Below are positions 1-9,963 of a stretch of 43,869 nucleotides of DNA, piece by piece; position 1 is the stretch's first letter; every line of letters starts with the position of its first letter. The notes below the pieces were generated by a model. The model had not been told where the DNA came from and made no database searches. It saw only the letters and a program-made list of their open reading frames with translations. The DNA is from Dehalococcoidia bacterium (GTDB lineage: Bacteria > Chloroflexota > Dehalococcoidia > DSTF01 > RBG-16-68-14). The translations under genes and the position numbers were made by a program. Where the stretch lies: the NCBI GenBank assembly GCA_040882355.1, contig JBBEBM010000009.1, forward strand, positions 1 through 43,869, in the 5' to 3' direction.

Positions 1-219
1 GAGGACAACCTCCTGGCCGAAGCGCTGGAGCACGAGATCGACCACATCAACGGCATGCTCTACATCGACCACCTCGAAAGCATGGACGATCTCGTGCGCC
101 TCGACGAAGACGGCGACGAGCAGCCCGACGAGGATCACGACGACGCCCCAAGCGAGAGGCCGGCGCCCCCACGCCGGACTCGAGAGGTGAAGGCCCGGCC
201 CGCCCGGGCTCGATCATGA
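1..219 (+). CDS. def: Peptide deformylase, C-terminal part (5' end outside window)
   Basis: Frame 1 reads EDNLLAEALEHEIDHINGMLYIDHL (HExDH metal motif); TGA at 217-219 overlaps next ATG (ATGA). Confidence 0.88.
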   Translation, partial: EDNLLAEALEHEIDHINGMLYIDHLESMDDLVRLDEDGDEQPDEDHDDAPSERPAPPRRTREVKARPARARS

Positions 220-1733
220 CCCGGCGCAACGTCCCGCTCGCTCCTGAGACGCGGGCACTCCTCGCCACCGCCAACGAGCTGCTCGCCGGCGTGCCCGGCT
301 ATCTCGTCGGCGGCTCGCTCCGTGACGCGCTGCTCGGGCGCCCGTTCGGCGACATCGACCTCGCCGTGCCCGGCGACGCCCCGGAGTTCGCGCGCGCCCT
401 CGCCGACCGCCTCAACGGCCACTACGTCCTGCTCGACGCCGAGCGCGGCACCGCCCGGGTCGTCCTTGATGACGGGCCTGTGCGCGTCATCGACGTCGCC
501 CGCCTGCGCGGCGACAGCATCGAGGCCGACCTCGCCGAACGCGACTTCACCGTCGACGCGCTCGCCGTCCCGCTCGAAACGCTGGCCGCGAGCACCCCGA
601 TCGACATCATCGACCCGCACGACGGCCTGCGTGATCTGGACCGCCGCGTCATCCGCCTCGTCTCCGAGCAGGCGCTCATCGATGACCCGCTGCGCCTGTT
701 GCGCGCCGTCCGACTAGCGGTCCAGCTCGACTTCCGCATCGAGCCCGGCGCCGCAGAGGCGATCCGCGCCCACGCCGGGCGCGTCGGCGAAGCGTCGCCC
801 GAGCGTCAGCGCGACGAGCTGGCGCGCGCGTTCGCCACGCCGCGCGCCGCTCCGGCGCTCCGCCTCATGGACGACCTCGGCCTGCTGGAGCAGGTCTTCC
901 CTGAGGTGACGGCCGGCCGCGGCGTCACGCAGCCTAAGGAGCACTACTGGGACGTCTTCGACCACGCGCTGGAGGCCGTCGCCGCGCTCGACTTCATGCT
1001 CTCAGAGCAAGCGCCGCCCGACGCCCGCGAGGCGCGCTTCTGGCGCGCGTTGTGGGACGAGCTCGACCTCGTCGCACCAGAGCTGCGCGCCTACTTGAGC
1101 GAGGAGCCGAGCGAAGGCCGTTCGCGAGCGACCCTGCTGAAGTTCGCCGGCCTGCTCCACGACGTGGCGAAGCCAGAGACGCGCGCGCTCGACGCAACCG
1201 GCCGCATCCGCTTCTTCGGCCACGCCGACGCCGGCGCCGGGACCGCCCGCCGCGTGTTGCGTCGCCTGCGCTTCAGCCGCCATGAGGCGGACCTCGTCGC
1301 AACGATGGTGGAGGAGCACCTCCGCCCGGGCCAGCTCGGCCAGGGCGAGCCGCCCAGCCGCCGCGCGCTCTTTCGCTTCTTTCGCGACACCGGCGAAGCG
1401 GCAGACGGCATCCTCCTCCTCAGCCTGGCCGATAGCCTGGCCGCGCGCGGCCCGCGCATGCGGCTCGAAGGCTGGCGCGGCCATGTCGCGTACATTGCCC
1501 ACGTGCTGGCGCGTCGCAACCAGGACGAAGCGATCGTCCGGCCGCAGCGTCTGCTTACCGGCGAAGACGTGATGGAAGCGCTCGGCATCGGTCCGGGGCC
1601 GGAGATCGGGCGCCTGCTCGGCTCGCTGGAAGAGGCCCAGGGAGCCGGCGACGTGACCGACCGCGATGAAGCCCTCAGCTTTGTCCGGCGCCAGCACCAG
1701 CGCCCTGCCGTCCTCGCCGGAGAAATGCAATAG
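216..1733 (+). CDS. CCA-adding enzyme / poly(A) polymerase family nucleotidyltransferase with HD domain
   Basis: Motifs VGGSLRD, DIDL, ERDFTVDA, DDPLRLLRA, LLHDVAK, FFGH, LLTGEDVM...PGPEIG. Confidence 0.9.
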   Translation: MTRRNVPLAPETRALLATANELLAGVPGYLVGGSLRDALLGRPFGDIDLAVPGDAPEFARALADRLNGHYVLLDAERGTARVVLDDGPVRVIDVARLRGDSIEADLAERDFTVDALAVPLETLAASTPIDIIDPHDGLRDLDRRVIRLVSEQALIDDPLRLLRAVRLAVQLDFRIEPGAAEAIRAHAGRVGEASPERQRDELARAFATPRAAPALRLMDDLGLLEQVFPEVTAGRGVTQPKEHYWDVFDHALEAVAALDFMLSEQAPPDAREARFWRALWDELDLVAPELRAYLSEEPSEGRSRATLLKFAGLLHDVAKPETRALDATGRIRFFGHADAGAGTARRVLRRLRFSRHEADLVATMVEEHLRPGQLGQGEPPSRRALFRFFRDTGEAADGILLLSLADSLAARGPRMRLEGWRGHVAYIAHVLARRNQDEAIVRPQRLLTGEDVMEALGIGPGPEIGRLLGSLEEAQGAGDVTDRDEALSFVRRQHQRPAVLAGEMQ

Positions 1734-1740
1734 AGTTGCA

Positions 1741-2061
1741 ATGAACACAGAAGAGATCGGGTTTATAATCATACTGGGCGTGTTGGTCGCCATCTACCTC
1801 ACGTTCATCCGCCCATCACAACAGGAGCAGAAGCGCTTGCAAGGGCTGATCCAGGACATACACGTAGGCGACGAAGTGATCACCACCGCGGGATTCTTCG
1901 GTGTGGTCAAGGAGATCCACACGCCGGAGGAGGGCCCGGTGCAGATCGTCATCGACTTCGGCAGCGGCGTGCAGGTGCGCGCCCTCACCAGCTCGATCCT
2001 CCGGCGAGTCTCCGTTGCTCCAGAATCCATCGAACAGCCTGAAGAGGTGAAAGGAGCGTAG
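1741..2061 (+). CDS. yajC: Preprotein translocase subunit YajC
   Basis: One N-terminal TM helix, IRPSQQEQK, GDEVITTAGFFGVV; directly upstream of secD. Confidence 0.9.
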   Translation: MNTEEIGFIIILGVLVAIYLTFIRPSQQEQKRLQGLIQDIHVGDEVITTAGFFGVVKEIHTPEEGPVQIVIDFGSGVQVRALTSSILRRVSVAPESIEQPEEVKGA

Positions 2062-2066
2062 GGGGT

Positions 2067-3815
2067 ATGGGTCGCTGGTGGAATCGCATCCTGCTCGTCT
2101 TGATCCTCGCGGTCACCGCATTCAGCATCGTCGCCGTCTGGCCGTCGGAGCCCGAGCGGTACCTGACCAGCTCGATTCCCTGGCCGGAGGGCAAGGGCAT
2201 CAAGCTGTACCTGCCAGCGATCAAGGGCGAGACGTTTGAATGGAAGAAGATCGAGCGCCGCGCGATGAGCCTCGGGCTCGACCTGCGCGGCGGCGCCCGC
2301 CTCGTGCTCGAGCCGGAAGAGGGGTTCCAGGTCGAAGACCTGGATGCTGCCCTCGACGGCGCGCGGCGGGTCGTCGAACGCCGTGTCAACGAGTTCGGTG
2401 TGGCGGAGTCGGAAGTGAACCGGCTCGGCAACGACCAGCTCGAAGTACAGCTCCCCGGCATCGATCCCGAGGAGGCGAAGGCGAAGATCAGCCGCACCGG
2501 CCTGCTCCAGTTCTGCGTGCCCGTGAGGGACGAGACGGGCAACGTCGCCATCGTGCAGCAGGGCACCGTCACCTACGAAACACAGACGTGCAGGCCCGAG
2601 CGCGATGCTCAGGGCAACGTCGTCGTCGAAGGCGGCACGGTCGAGTTCGTGCCCTGGGCGCCGTCCGACTCCACGGCCTCCCAGAGCAACCCGGCCGCGG
2701 ACCAGATCGTCTGGGAGCCGGCCCAGGCCGACCTCAATGGTGTCCCAACCGAGCTCAGCGGCCGCTTTCTCAGTAAGACAGCCGTTATCCCGAACCCTGA
2801 CACGCTTGACCTCCAGAACCCATGGCTGCTCCAGTTCGAGTGGAACGGCGATGGTTCGGACATCTCCGGCCTGGTGACCGAAGACCTGGCCACCTCAAAC
2901 TACCCCCTGGCCGCGTTCCTCGACGGGGTGCCCATCTGCGGCGACGAAGGGTCCGGGACACCGAATGCGGCGTGTGAGGAGGGCAAGGGCGACCACATCA
3001 TCGCCCCGCGCGTCCAGAGCAAGATTACGGATAGCGGCGTGATCACGGGGCTGGAGAGGGGCGACGCCGACGAGCTGAGCAAGCTGCTCAACATCGGCGC
3101 CTTCCCGGTGCCGCTCCAGGTGGTCCTTGAAAAGGAGGTCGACGCGACCCTCGGCGACACGGCCGTGCGCGACAGTGTGATCGCCGGCGAGGTCGCCCTC
3201 CTGATCATCATGCTCTTCATGGTGCTCTACTACCGTTTGCCCGGCGTGATGGCCAGTCTGGCGCTGATCACGTACACCTCCGTCAGCCTTGCCGTATTCA
3301 AGATCGGGCTGCCGGGCATCGGCCCCATCGTTCTTACGCTGGCCGGTGTGGGCGCCTTCGTCCTCTCGGTCGGCATGGCCGTCGATGCGAACATCCTCAT
3401 CTTCGAGCGCATGAAGGAGGAGCTGCGCGTCGGTCGCAACCTCGTGGTCGCTCTCGAGGACGGCTTCAACCGTGCCTGGTCATCGATCCGCGATAGCAAC
3501 ATCTCGACGCTCATCACCTGCGTCATCCTCTACTGGTTCGGCGACCAGTTCGGTGAGAGCGCGATCAAGAGCTTCGCCCTCACGCTGGGCATCGGCGTGG
3601 CGATCAGCATGTTCTCCGCCATCATCGTCACGCGCACCTACATGCGCCTGATCGTCGGCTTCAGATTCGTCTCCAAGCGCCACTGGCTCTTCGCTCCGGA
3701 CCTGCCGGAGGCCGCGCGCCTTGCGCGCGGTCGCGTGCCGGCGGTAGCGGGCGGCGCCACCAGCCGCGCGGGCGGCGCCACCAGCGGCGCGCGCGACGCC
3801 GGAGAGGAGCGATAG
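2067..3815 (+). CDS. secD: Protein translocase subunit SecD
   Basis: LGLDLRGG, RRVNEFGVAE, GMAVDANILIFERMKEE, DSNISTL motifs. Confidence 0.96.
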   Translation: MGRWWNRILLVLILAVTAFSIVAVWPSEPERYLTSSIPWPEGKGIKLYLPAIKGETFEWKKIERRAMSLGLDLRGGARLVLEPEEGFQVEDLDAALDGARRVVERRVNEFGVAESEVNRLGNDQLEVQLPGIDPEEAKAKISRTGLLQFCVPVRDETGNVAIVQQGTVTYETQTCRPERDAQGNVVVEGGTVEFVPWAPSDSTASQSNPAADQIVWEPAQADLNGVPTELSGRFLSKTAVIPNPDTLDLQNPWLLQFEWNGDGSDISGLVTEDLATSNYPLAAFLDGVPICGDEGSGTPNAACEEGKGDHIIAPRVQSKITDSGVITGLERGDADELSKLLNIGAFPVPLQVVLEKEVDATLGDTAVRDSVIAGEVALLIIMLFMVLYYRLPGVMASLALITYTSVSLAVFKIGLPGIGPIVLTLAGVGAFVLSVGMAVDANILIFERMKEELRVGRNLVVALEDGFNRAWSSIRDSNISTLITCVILYWFGDQFGESAIKSFALTLGIGVAISMFSAIIVTRTYMRLIVGFRFVSKRHWLFAPDLPEAARLARGRVPAVAGGATSRAGGATSGARDAGEER

Positions 3816-3816
3816 C

Positions 3817-4851
3817 ATGCGCGACCGACCGATCGACATCGTTGGCAATCGCCGCTGGTTCTACCTCTTCTCGTTGATCCTGATCCTGCCCGGCGTGATC
3901 TCCCTCATGATCCCGCCGCGCCTGAAGCCGGGCATCGACTTCAGCAGCGGCTCCACCTTCACCGTCCGCTTCGCCGAGCCGGTCGACGCCGACGAACTCC
4001 GGGCGGAGCTGGCCAATCTCGATCACTCGGAGGCGCGCGTCCAGCACTCGGGCGACAACGAGTTCCTCGTGCGCACGAGGACGCTCCGCGGCGCGACCTC
4101 CGCGCCGCCTGTCGGGCCGGCCCCGCCCTCCGAGCGCGACGAGATCGAGGACGCGTTACGCGCCGAGTTCGGCAACATGGCGAACAGTGACGGCGTCGCC
4201 AGCGAGCAGCAGGGATTCGTGGAGTTCAACTCAATTTCTGCCACTGTCTCGCGCGACATCGCCAAGAACGCCGGATATGCCCTCGTCGCGGCCTCAGGCG
4301 CGATCTTCCTCTACCTCTGGTGGTCGTTCCGCTCGGTGCCGAAACCGTTCCGCTTTGGCGCGGCCGCCGTGTTCGCCCTGCTTCACGACGCGCTGTTGGT
4401 GGTCGGCGCCTTCTCGATCCTCGGCAAGCTCATCGACACCGAGATCAACGTCATGTTCGTCACCGCCATCCTCACGGTCATCGGCTTCTCCGTCCACGAC
4501 TCGATCGTCGTCTTCGACCGGATCCGCGAGACCGTTGGACGCGGCGACGGACTCTCATTTGCCGAAGCCGTCAACACCAGCTTGCTTCAGACCATGGGGC
4601 GCTCGCTCAACACCACGCTGACGCTCGTCTTCGCCATCCTGGCGCTGCTGCTGATCGGCGGCGGCATCGAGGAGTTCCTCTGGGCGATGTTGATCGGCGT
4701 CGTGACCGGAGCGTACAGCTCCGTCTTCATCGCCAGCCAGATCCTCGTCTCGTGGGAGGAGGGGGACGTCCCGCGCTTCTTCAGGCGCGTCTTCCGCCGC
4801 CCGGAGCCGCTCGAAGAGGAGTACGAAGCAGAGCCCGTGCCGGCGATCTAG
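3817..4851 (+). CDS. secF: Protein translocase subunit SecF
   Basis: GIDFSSG, LHD, GFSVHDSIVVFDRIRE, RSLNT motifs. Confidence 0.96.
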   Translation: MRDRPIDIVGNRRWFYLFSLILILPGVISLMIPPRLKPGIDFSSGSTFTVRFAEPVDADELRAELANLDHSEARVQHSGDNEFLVRTRTLRGATSAPPVGPAPPSERDEIEDALRAEFGNMANSDGVASEQQGFVEFNSISATVSRDIAKNAGYALVAASGAIFLYLWWSFRSVPKPFRFGAAAVFALLHDALLVVGAFSILGKLIDTEINVMFVTAILTVIGFSVHDSIVVFDRIRETVGRGDGLSFAEAVNTSLLQTMGRSLNTTLTLVFAILALLLIGGGIEEFLWAMLIGVVTGAYSSVFIASQILVSWEEGDVPRFFRRVFRRPEPLEEEYEAEPVPAI

Positions 4852-4913
4852 GCGCGCCGCGTAACGGGCGGCGTTTCACTCGAACGCCCTCATGTATCGT
4901 CGGAGCGCAGGTC

Positions 4914-5441
4914 CTACGAAACGTCGGTAGCCGTGGGCGCCGGGCCGGCGCAAAGGTCGAGCGTTACGTCGATACCGTGTTCGTCAGCTAGAGCCTTGAG
5001 GTCCGTGCAGGCCGCAGCGGAGCGACTGAAGGCCGCTGCCAGGGCGACATCTTCCTGCAGGATGCCGGTCACCTCGTCGATCGTTGCTGCATCTTCGTGT
5101 TGGTCATACAGATCGGCGAGCGCCGCGGTCGCGTCCTGCAACCCCCCGACCAGCTCTTCGTGGGCGGCGGCCGCCTCCTCCGGCGGCTCCACCGCGCTCA
5201 AGTCGTTTCCGGTTTCCACCAGGAAGGTCGCGTAGCGCAGGAACGTCTCGCCCGGCACCGTCACTTCGAAGTCACGGTCGTCGATCTCGTTGATGAGGGG
5301 CGCGGCCGCGGCGAAATATGTCTCCAACTCGCTATCGCTACCGTCGCCGTCGTCGTCGCGGAGCAGGAAGAACCAGACCGCTGCCGCGATTCCCGCACCG
5401 GCCAGCACCACCACCGCGACGAAGAGCAACGCTTGTCTCAT
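4914..5441 (-). CDS. Hypothetical membrane-anchored acidic helical protein
   Basis: 175-aa ORF with N-terminal hydrophobic segment, GAGG RBS-like sequence upstream, host-like codon usage. Confidence 0.7.
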   Translation of the reverse strand: MRQALLFVAVVVLAGAGIAAAVWFFLLRDDDGDGSDSELETYFAAAAPLINEIDDRDFEVTVPGETFLRYATFLVETGNDLSAVEPPEEAAAAHEELVGGLQDATAALADLYDQHEDAATIDEVTGILQEDVALAAAFSRSAAACTDLKALADEHGIDVTLDLCAGPAPTATDVS

Positions 5442-5475
5442 GATCCTTCGGTCCTCAACCTACAACGCAAGCTGC

Positions 5476-6474
5476 TCAGATAGTATACACGCGCTCGTTA
5501 GGGCCGCGTAGGAACAGTGCTGACGAGCTACCGCGCCCATCTGGGTCGGGCTGCCAGAACGGGCCGACCAGGTTCTCCCTCGTCCCGCTGTCGAGCTGCT
5601 CCACTCGCCCTCCGTGCTCGTAGCGCAGCAGCGCGCCGTTTTCGCCGCAGAGGATCGCGTACGCGCCGTCCGGATGCCAGGCAGCGCCCAGCAGCGCCCC
5701 CGACGCCTCCACCGCACGGTAGGCGAAGCCTGCCCCGTCGTACGTGAGCAGCTTGTTCGCGGCGCGGCCGTCCCCGCCCCGCGCGCTCTCGTACGCGTAC
5801 CCCACAATCAGCGCCTGCCGGCCATCGGGATGCCAGTCGACCGCGACGAAGTCGTCCTCCTCGTCCGACGCGAGCAGCGCCTGCAGGTATAGACCATCAC
5901 AGCGATAGAGCGCGTGCGGCCGCGGGTAGCCCGCCCAGCGGCTGGCGTAGGCCCCGACCAGCGCGTACTCGCCGTCCGGCCGCCAGGCAACGGCGCGCAG
6001 GGTGTGGGCGCGGTCGCCCGGGACGGGTGTGAGGGCCCCGCCTTCGTAGCGCAACACCGTCCCCGCGTTGCCCACGATCAGCGCGACCTGGCCCTCGGGA
6101 TGCCAGGCGACCCGACGCAGGTTCTCGCTGGTGGGCGATGCCAGTTCCCGCACTGCACCGTTGTCATAGAGCAGAACCGCGCCCCGATTGCCGGCCAGCA
6201 GCGCTCGCTCTCCGTCCGGCGAGAACGCCGCGCCGCGCAGGTTGTGCTTCGTGCCGGTGTCGATCGGTTCGATGCGGTGTGACGCTGGGTTGTAGAGCAC
6301 CGCCGTTCCGCCGTTCCCCACGAGCAGGCACGCCGAGCCACCGCGCCCGTCTGGGTCGGGCCGCCAGGACGCCCAGCGCAGCGGCCGCCCAACGGCGACA
6401 TCTAGAGCGGTCAGCCGTTCGCGGCCGGGCTCGAAGGCGTAGAGCTGTGTGCTCGATGATGCTCTCTTGCTCAG
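5476..6474 (-). CDS. Beta-propeller (WD40-like) repeat protein; start uncertain
   Basis: Repeated blades NLRxxAW(H/R/S)P(D/E)GxxALxxG. The 604-aa ORF's N-terminal extension is antisense to cofD. The best start found is CTG at 6474, 9 nt after AGGAG. Confidence 0.75.
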   Translation of the reverse strand: MSKRASSSTQLYAFEPGRERLTALDVAVGRPLRWASWRPDPDGRGGSACLLVGNGGTAVLYNPASHRIEPIDTGTKHNLRGAAFSPDGERALLAGNRGAVLLYDNGAVRELASPTSENLRRVAWHPEGQVALIVGNAGTVLRYEGGALTPVPGDRAHTLRAVAWRPDGEYALVGAYASRWAGYPRPHALYRCDGLYLQALLASDEEDDFVAVDWHPDGRQALIVGYAYESARGGDGRAANKLLTYDGAGFAYRAVEASGALLGAAWHPDGAYAILCGENGALLRYEHGGRVEQLDSGTRENLVGPFWQPDPDGRGSSSALFLRGPNERVYTI

Positions 6475-6558
6475 CGGGCTTGTCTCCTGACGGCACGCTC
6501 CGTAGGATGGCCGCGTGCCGGAAATCCATTGTATCGCCTCTTCGCGCAGGGCCCAGCC

Positions 6559-7482
6559 ATGATCGCCGTCCTCTCCGGGGGCGTGGGCGGCTCGCGATTC
6601 CTGCAGGGGCTCGTGCGGGCCATCCCGCCGGAGGAGGTCGTGGCGATCGTCAACACGGCCGACGACGACGAGTTCTTCGGCCTCTACGTCAGCCCCGACC
6701 CCGACATCGTCACCTACGCGCTCGCGGCCATCGTCGACGAGGAGCGCGGCTGGGGCGTGCGCGGCGACACCTTCCGCTGGCTGGAGACGATGCCCCGCTT
6801 CGGCCACGACACCTGGTTCCAGATCGGCGACCGCGACCTGGCCACCCACCTCTACCGCACCCGCCGTTTGCGCGAGGGCGCAACGCTGTCGCAGATCGCG
6901 GCGGAGATCGCGGAGCGGCTCGGCGTGGCGGCGCGCGTCCTGCCGATGTCCGACGACCGCGTCCGCACGATCGTCGAGACCGGCGCCAGCCCCCTGCCCT
7001 TCCAGCGCTTCCTCGTCCAGCACCGCGCCCGCGATCCGGTGCGTAGTCTGCGCTTCGACGGCATCGAGTCGGCGACGCCCGCGCCGGGCGTGCTCGACGC
7101 CCTGCGCGACGCCGATGCGGTGCTCATCGCTCCCAGCGACCCGCTCGCCAGCATCGGCCCGATCCTCGCGCTGCCCGATGTCCGCGAGGCGCTTCGCGTC
7201 CGCCGCGACCGCGTCGCAGCCGTCAGCCCGATCGTCGCCGGGCGCTCCTTCCAGCCGCCCGCCGCCGAGCTGCTCGCCGGCCTCGGTCACGAGGTGAGCG
7301 CGCTCGGCGTCGCCCGCCTCTACGCGGACGTCGCCGGCGTCTTCGTGCTCGACCGCCAGGACGAGGCGCTCGCGCCGGAGGTGCGCGAGCTCGGCCTCGA
7401 GCCGGTCGTCACCGACACCGTCATGCGCGACGACGCCTCAAAGGAGGCGCTAGCGCGGGTCGCGCTGCAGGCGATACGATGA
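6559..7482 (+). CDS. cofD: 2-phospho-L-lactate transferase (F420 biosynthesis)
   Basis: [46 protein letters not shown]. Confidence 0.95.
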   Translation: MIAVLSGGVGGSRFLQGLVRAIPPEEVVAIVNTADDDEFFGLYVSPDPDIVTYALAAIVDEERGWGVRGDTFRWLETMPRFGHDTWFQIGDRDLATHLYRTRRLREGATLSQIAAEIAERLGVAARVLPMSDDRVRTIVETGASPLPFQRFLVQHRARDPVRSLRFDGIESATPAPGVLDALRDADAVLIAPSDPLASIGPILALPDVREALRVRRDRVAAVSPIVAGRSFQPPAAELLAGLGHEVSALGVARLYADVAGVFVLDRQDEALAPEVRELGLEPVVTDTVMRDDASKEALARVALQAIR

Positions 7483-7488
7483 GGCGCC

Positions 7489-8298
7489 ATGGCTGACCCA
7501 CCCGCGCCCTCCGTCCCCCAGTTCTACCTGGAAGGCGAGCCGCACCTGCCGCCGGAGCGCATGGTCGAGGCGTTCTGCAAGATCTTCGGCGTGCAGCGCG
7601 ATCAGCTCGGCATCAAGCCGGTGGTCGTCGCGAGCTTCTTCAACCACCTGACGTCGTACCTGGCGACGCAGGCGAAGGCGGAGCGATCGCCGTACCGCAT
7701 CTCCGGCCGGATCGACAACGAGCTCTACATCCTGAACGACACCGTCTCGCTCACCACGCTGCGCATGGGCGCGCCGGCCGCCGTGATGGACTGCGAGGAG
7801 CTGATCGCCTGCGGCGCGAAGACGCTCATCATCGTCGGCGCCGCCGGCAGCCTGCAGCCCGACCTGCCCATCGGCTCCGTCACGCTGCCAACGGCGGCCA
7901 TCCGCGAGGAGGGCACGTCGCACCACTACCTGCCGCCCGAGCTCCCCGCCACGGCCACGCCTGAGCTGGTCGCCGCATTGCACGAAGCCTGCATGCAGGC
8001 CGGCCTCGAAACGCGCACCGGCCTCCACTGGACCACCGACGCGCCGTATCGAGAGCACAAGACGAAGATCGATGCCTACCGCGAGGCGGGCGTGCTCTCC
8101 GTCGACATGGAGGTCTCGGCGCTCTACGTGCTCGCGCAGCATCGCGGCGTCGCCTGCGCGTCGGTCCTCGCCATTTCGGACGAGCTGTACGAGCCGTGGC
8201 GCATCGGCTTCACGGACGCTGGCTTCCTCAACGCCGTCACCAAGATCGGCGCCGCCGCGATGGAGACGGCCCAAGTCGTCGGGGCGGACTCGGCCTAG
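7489..8298 (+). CDS. Nucleoside phosphorylase (PNP/UDP family 1)
   Basis: MGAPAA, VGAAGSL, AIREEGTSHHY, WTTDAPYRE, VDMEVSAL, ISD. Confidence 0.9.
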   Translation: MADPPAPSVPQFYLEGEPHLPPERMVEAFCKIFGVQRDQLGIKPVVVASFFNHLTSYLATQAKAERSPYRISGRIDNELYILNDTVSLTTLRMGAPAAVMDCEELIACGAKTLIIVGAAGSLQPDLPIGSVTLPTAAIREEGTSHHYLPPELPATATPELVAALHEACMQAGLETRTGLHWTTDAPYREHKTKIDAYREAGVLSVDMEVSALYVLAQHRGVACASVLAISDELYEPWRIGFTDAGFLNAVTKIGAAAMETAQVVGADSA

Positions 8299-8346
8299 CG
8301 ATGGCGCGGCATCGACACAGCAGCGCCATGCTCATCTCCCACCACC

Positions 8347-8440
8347 GAAAGATGCTTCGCTGCTCTCAGCATGACAGAAGCCGCGTTGTCATCCTGAGCC
8401 CTTCGCACTTGCTCAGCGTAGACTCCCCGAAGGATCTTTC
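8347..8440. repeat. Composite palindromic REP-like element (GTCATCCTGAG...GAAGGATCT family)
   Basis: Outer arms GAAAGATGCTTCG / CGAAGGATCTTTC and inner arms CTCAGCATGACA / TGTCATCCTGAG, one mismatch each. Confidence 0.75.
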
Positions 8441-8482
8441 CTGCCCCGCGGGTCAGCGTACGACCTGGAGTACCGCGCCGCG

Positions 8483-9130
8483 ATGAAGATCGCCTTCATC
8501 GGCGGCACCGGGCCCGAAGGCAAGGGGCTCGCCTATCGATTCGCCCTCGCCGGGCACGAAGCGACCATCGGCTCCCGCAGCGCCGAGCGCGCCGCCGAGG
8601 CCGCTCGCGAGATCGCGGCGCGCGTCTCGACGAGCCTGTCGAAGGGGGTCGAGAACGCGGACGCCGCCCGCGAAGCCGACCTCGTCGTCCTCACGGTGCC
8701 CTACGACGCCCAGGGCGGCACGTTGCCCGCCCTCAGGGACGCCATCGGCTCGAAGATCGTCGTCAGCACGGCGGTGCCGCTCTCGTTCGAAGGCGGCAAG
8801 CCGGCGATGCTCGCCGTGCCCGAGGGCTCGGCGGCGGAGCAGGCGCAGGCGCTCCTCCCCGGCGCGCGCGTCGTCGGGGCCTTCCAGAACCTGGGCGCCA
8901 CCAAGCTCTGGGCCGGCGACGACCCGCTCGACCAGGACGTCCTGATCTGCGGCGGCGACGCCGGCGCGAAACGCGAGGTGATGGCGCTCGCCGAGGCGAT
9001 CCGAGGCGTGCGCGCCGTCGACGGCGGGCCGCTCGCCGCGTCGCGCTATGTGGAGGGCATCACGGTGCTGCTCATCGGCGTGAACAAGCGCTACAAGGCG
9101 ACGACCGGCGTTCGCATCGTGGGCATCTGA
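8483..9130 (+). CDS. npdG: NADPH-dependent F420 reductase
   Basis: MKIAFIGGTGPEGKGLAYRFA, IGSR, PEGSAAEQ, VGAFQN, DGGPL; located between cofD and cofE. Confidence 0.95.
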   Translation: MKIAFIGGTGPEGKGLAYRFALAGHEATIGSRSAERAAEAAREIAARVSTSLSKGVENADAAREADLVVLTVPYDAQGGTLPALRDAIGSKIVVSTAVPLSFEGGKPAMLAVPEGSAAEQAQALLPGARVVGAFQNLGATKLWAGDDPLDQDVLICGGDAGAKREVMALAEAIRGVRAVDGGPLAASRYVEGITVLLIGVNKRYKATTGVRIVGI

Positions 9131-9885
9131 TGGCGGCGGAAGTCCGCATCATCGCCATCGAGGGCATGCCGGAGGTGCGCCCCGGCGACGACCTCGCGTC
9201 GCAGATCCTCGACGCGGCTTCTCAGCAGGGGCTCGCGTTCGAGGCGGGCGACGTGCTGGTCGTCACGCAGAAGGTCGTTTCGAAGGCGGAGGACCGCATC
9301 GTCGACCTGGAGAGCGTCGAGCCGGGCGCGTTCGCCCGCCAGATCGCCGAGCAGTGGGAGAAGGACGCGCGCGTCGTCGAGCTGGTGCTGGGTGAGAGCG
9401 CGCGCATTGTGCGCATGGACCACGGCGTGCTCATCTGCGAGACGAAGCACGGCCTGATCTGCGCCAACGCCGGCATCGACTCCTCGAACGTCGAGCGGCT
9501 GGGCACCGTCGCGCTGCTGCCCGTGGACCCGGACGGCTCGTGCGAGGCGCTGCGTTCGCGCATTCAGCAGTCGACGGGCGTCGCGCTCGCCGTGATCATG
9601 ACCGACACGTTCGGCCGGCCGTGGCGCGAGGGCCACGTCAACTTCGCGATCGGCGTCGCGGGCATGGAGCCGCTGCTCGACTACATGGGCCGCGTCGACC
9701 CTGCCGGCTACGAGCTGCGCGTGACGCGCATGGCCGTCGCCGACGAGCTGGCCGCCGCCGCCGAGCTGGCGCACGGCAAGCTGGACCGCGTCCCCGTCGC
9801 CGTCGTGCGCGGCTACGCGTACCCGCCCGGCTCCGGCACCGCGCGGGCCCTCCTGCGCGACCCGGAGCGCGACCTGTTCCGCTGA
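9130..9885 (+). CDS. cofE: Coenzyme F420-0:L-glutamate ligase
   Basis: GMPEVRPGDDLA, QKVVSKAE, ANAGIDSSN, DTFGRPWREG, AVADELAAAA, DLFR. Confidence 0.95.
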   Translation: MAAEVRIIAIEGMPEVRPGDDLASQILDAASQQGLAFEAGDVLVVTQKVVSKAEDRIVDLESVEPGAFARQIAEQWEKDARVVELVLGESARIVRMDHGVLICETKHGLICANAGIDSSNVERLGTVALLPVDPDGSCEALRSRIQQSTGVALAVIMTDTFGRPWREGHVNFAIGVAGMEPLLDYMGRVDPAGYELRVTRMAVADELAAAAELAHGKLDRVPVAVVRGYAYPPGSGTARALLRDPERDLFR

Positions 9886-9963
9886 GCCCCCAGCCGCAGA
9901 GCCGCGTGTCAACCCTCGTCGGCTGGTGTGGTACAATCTCGGCCAAGGAGACGTATCCTGGCG

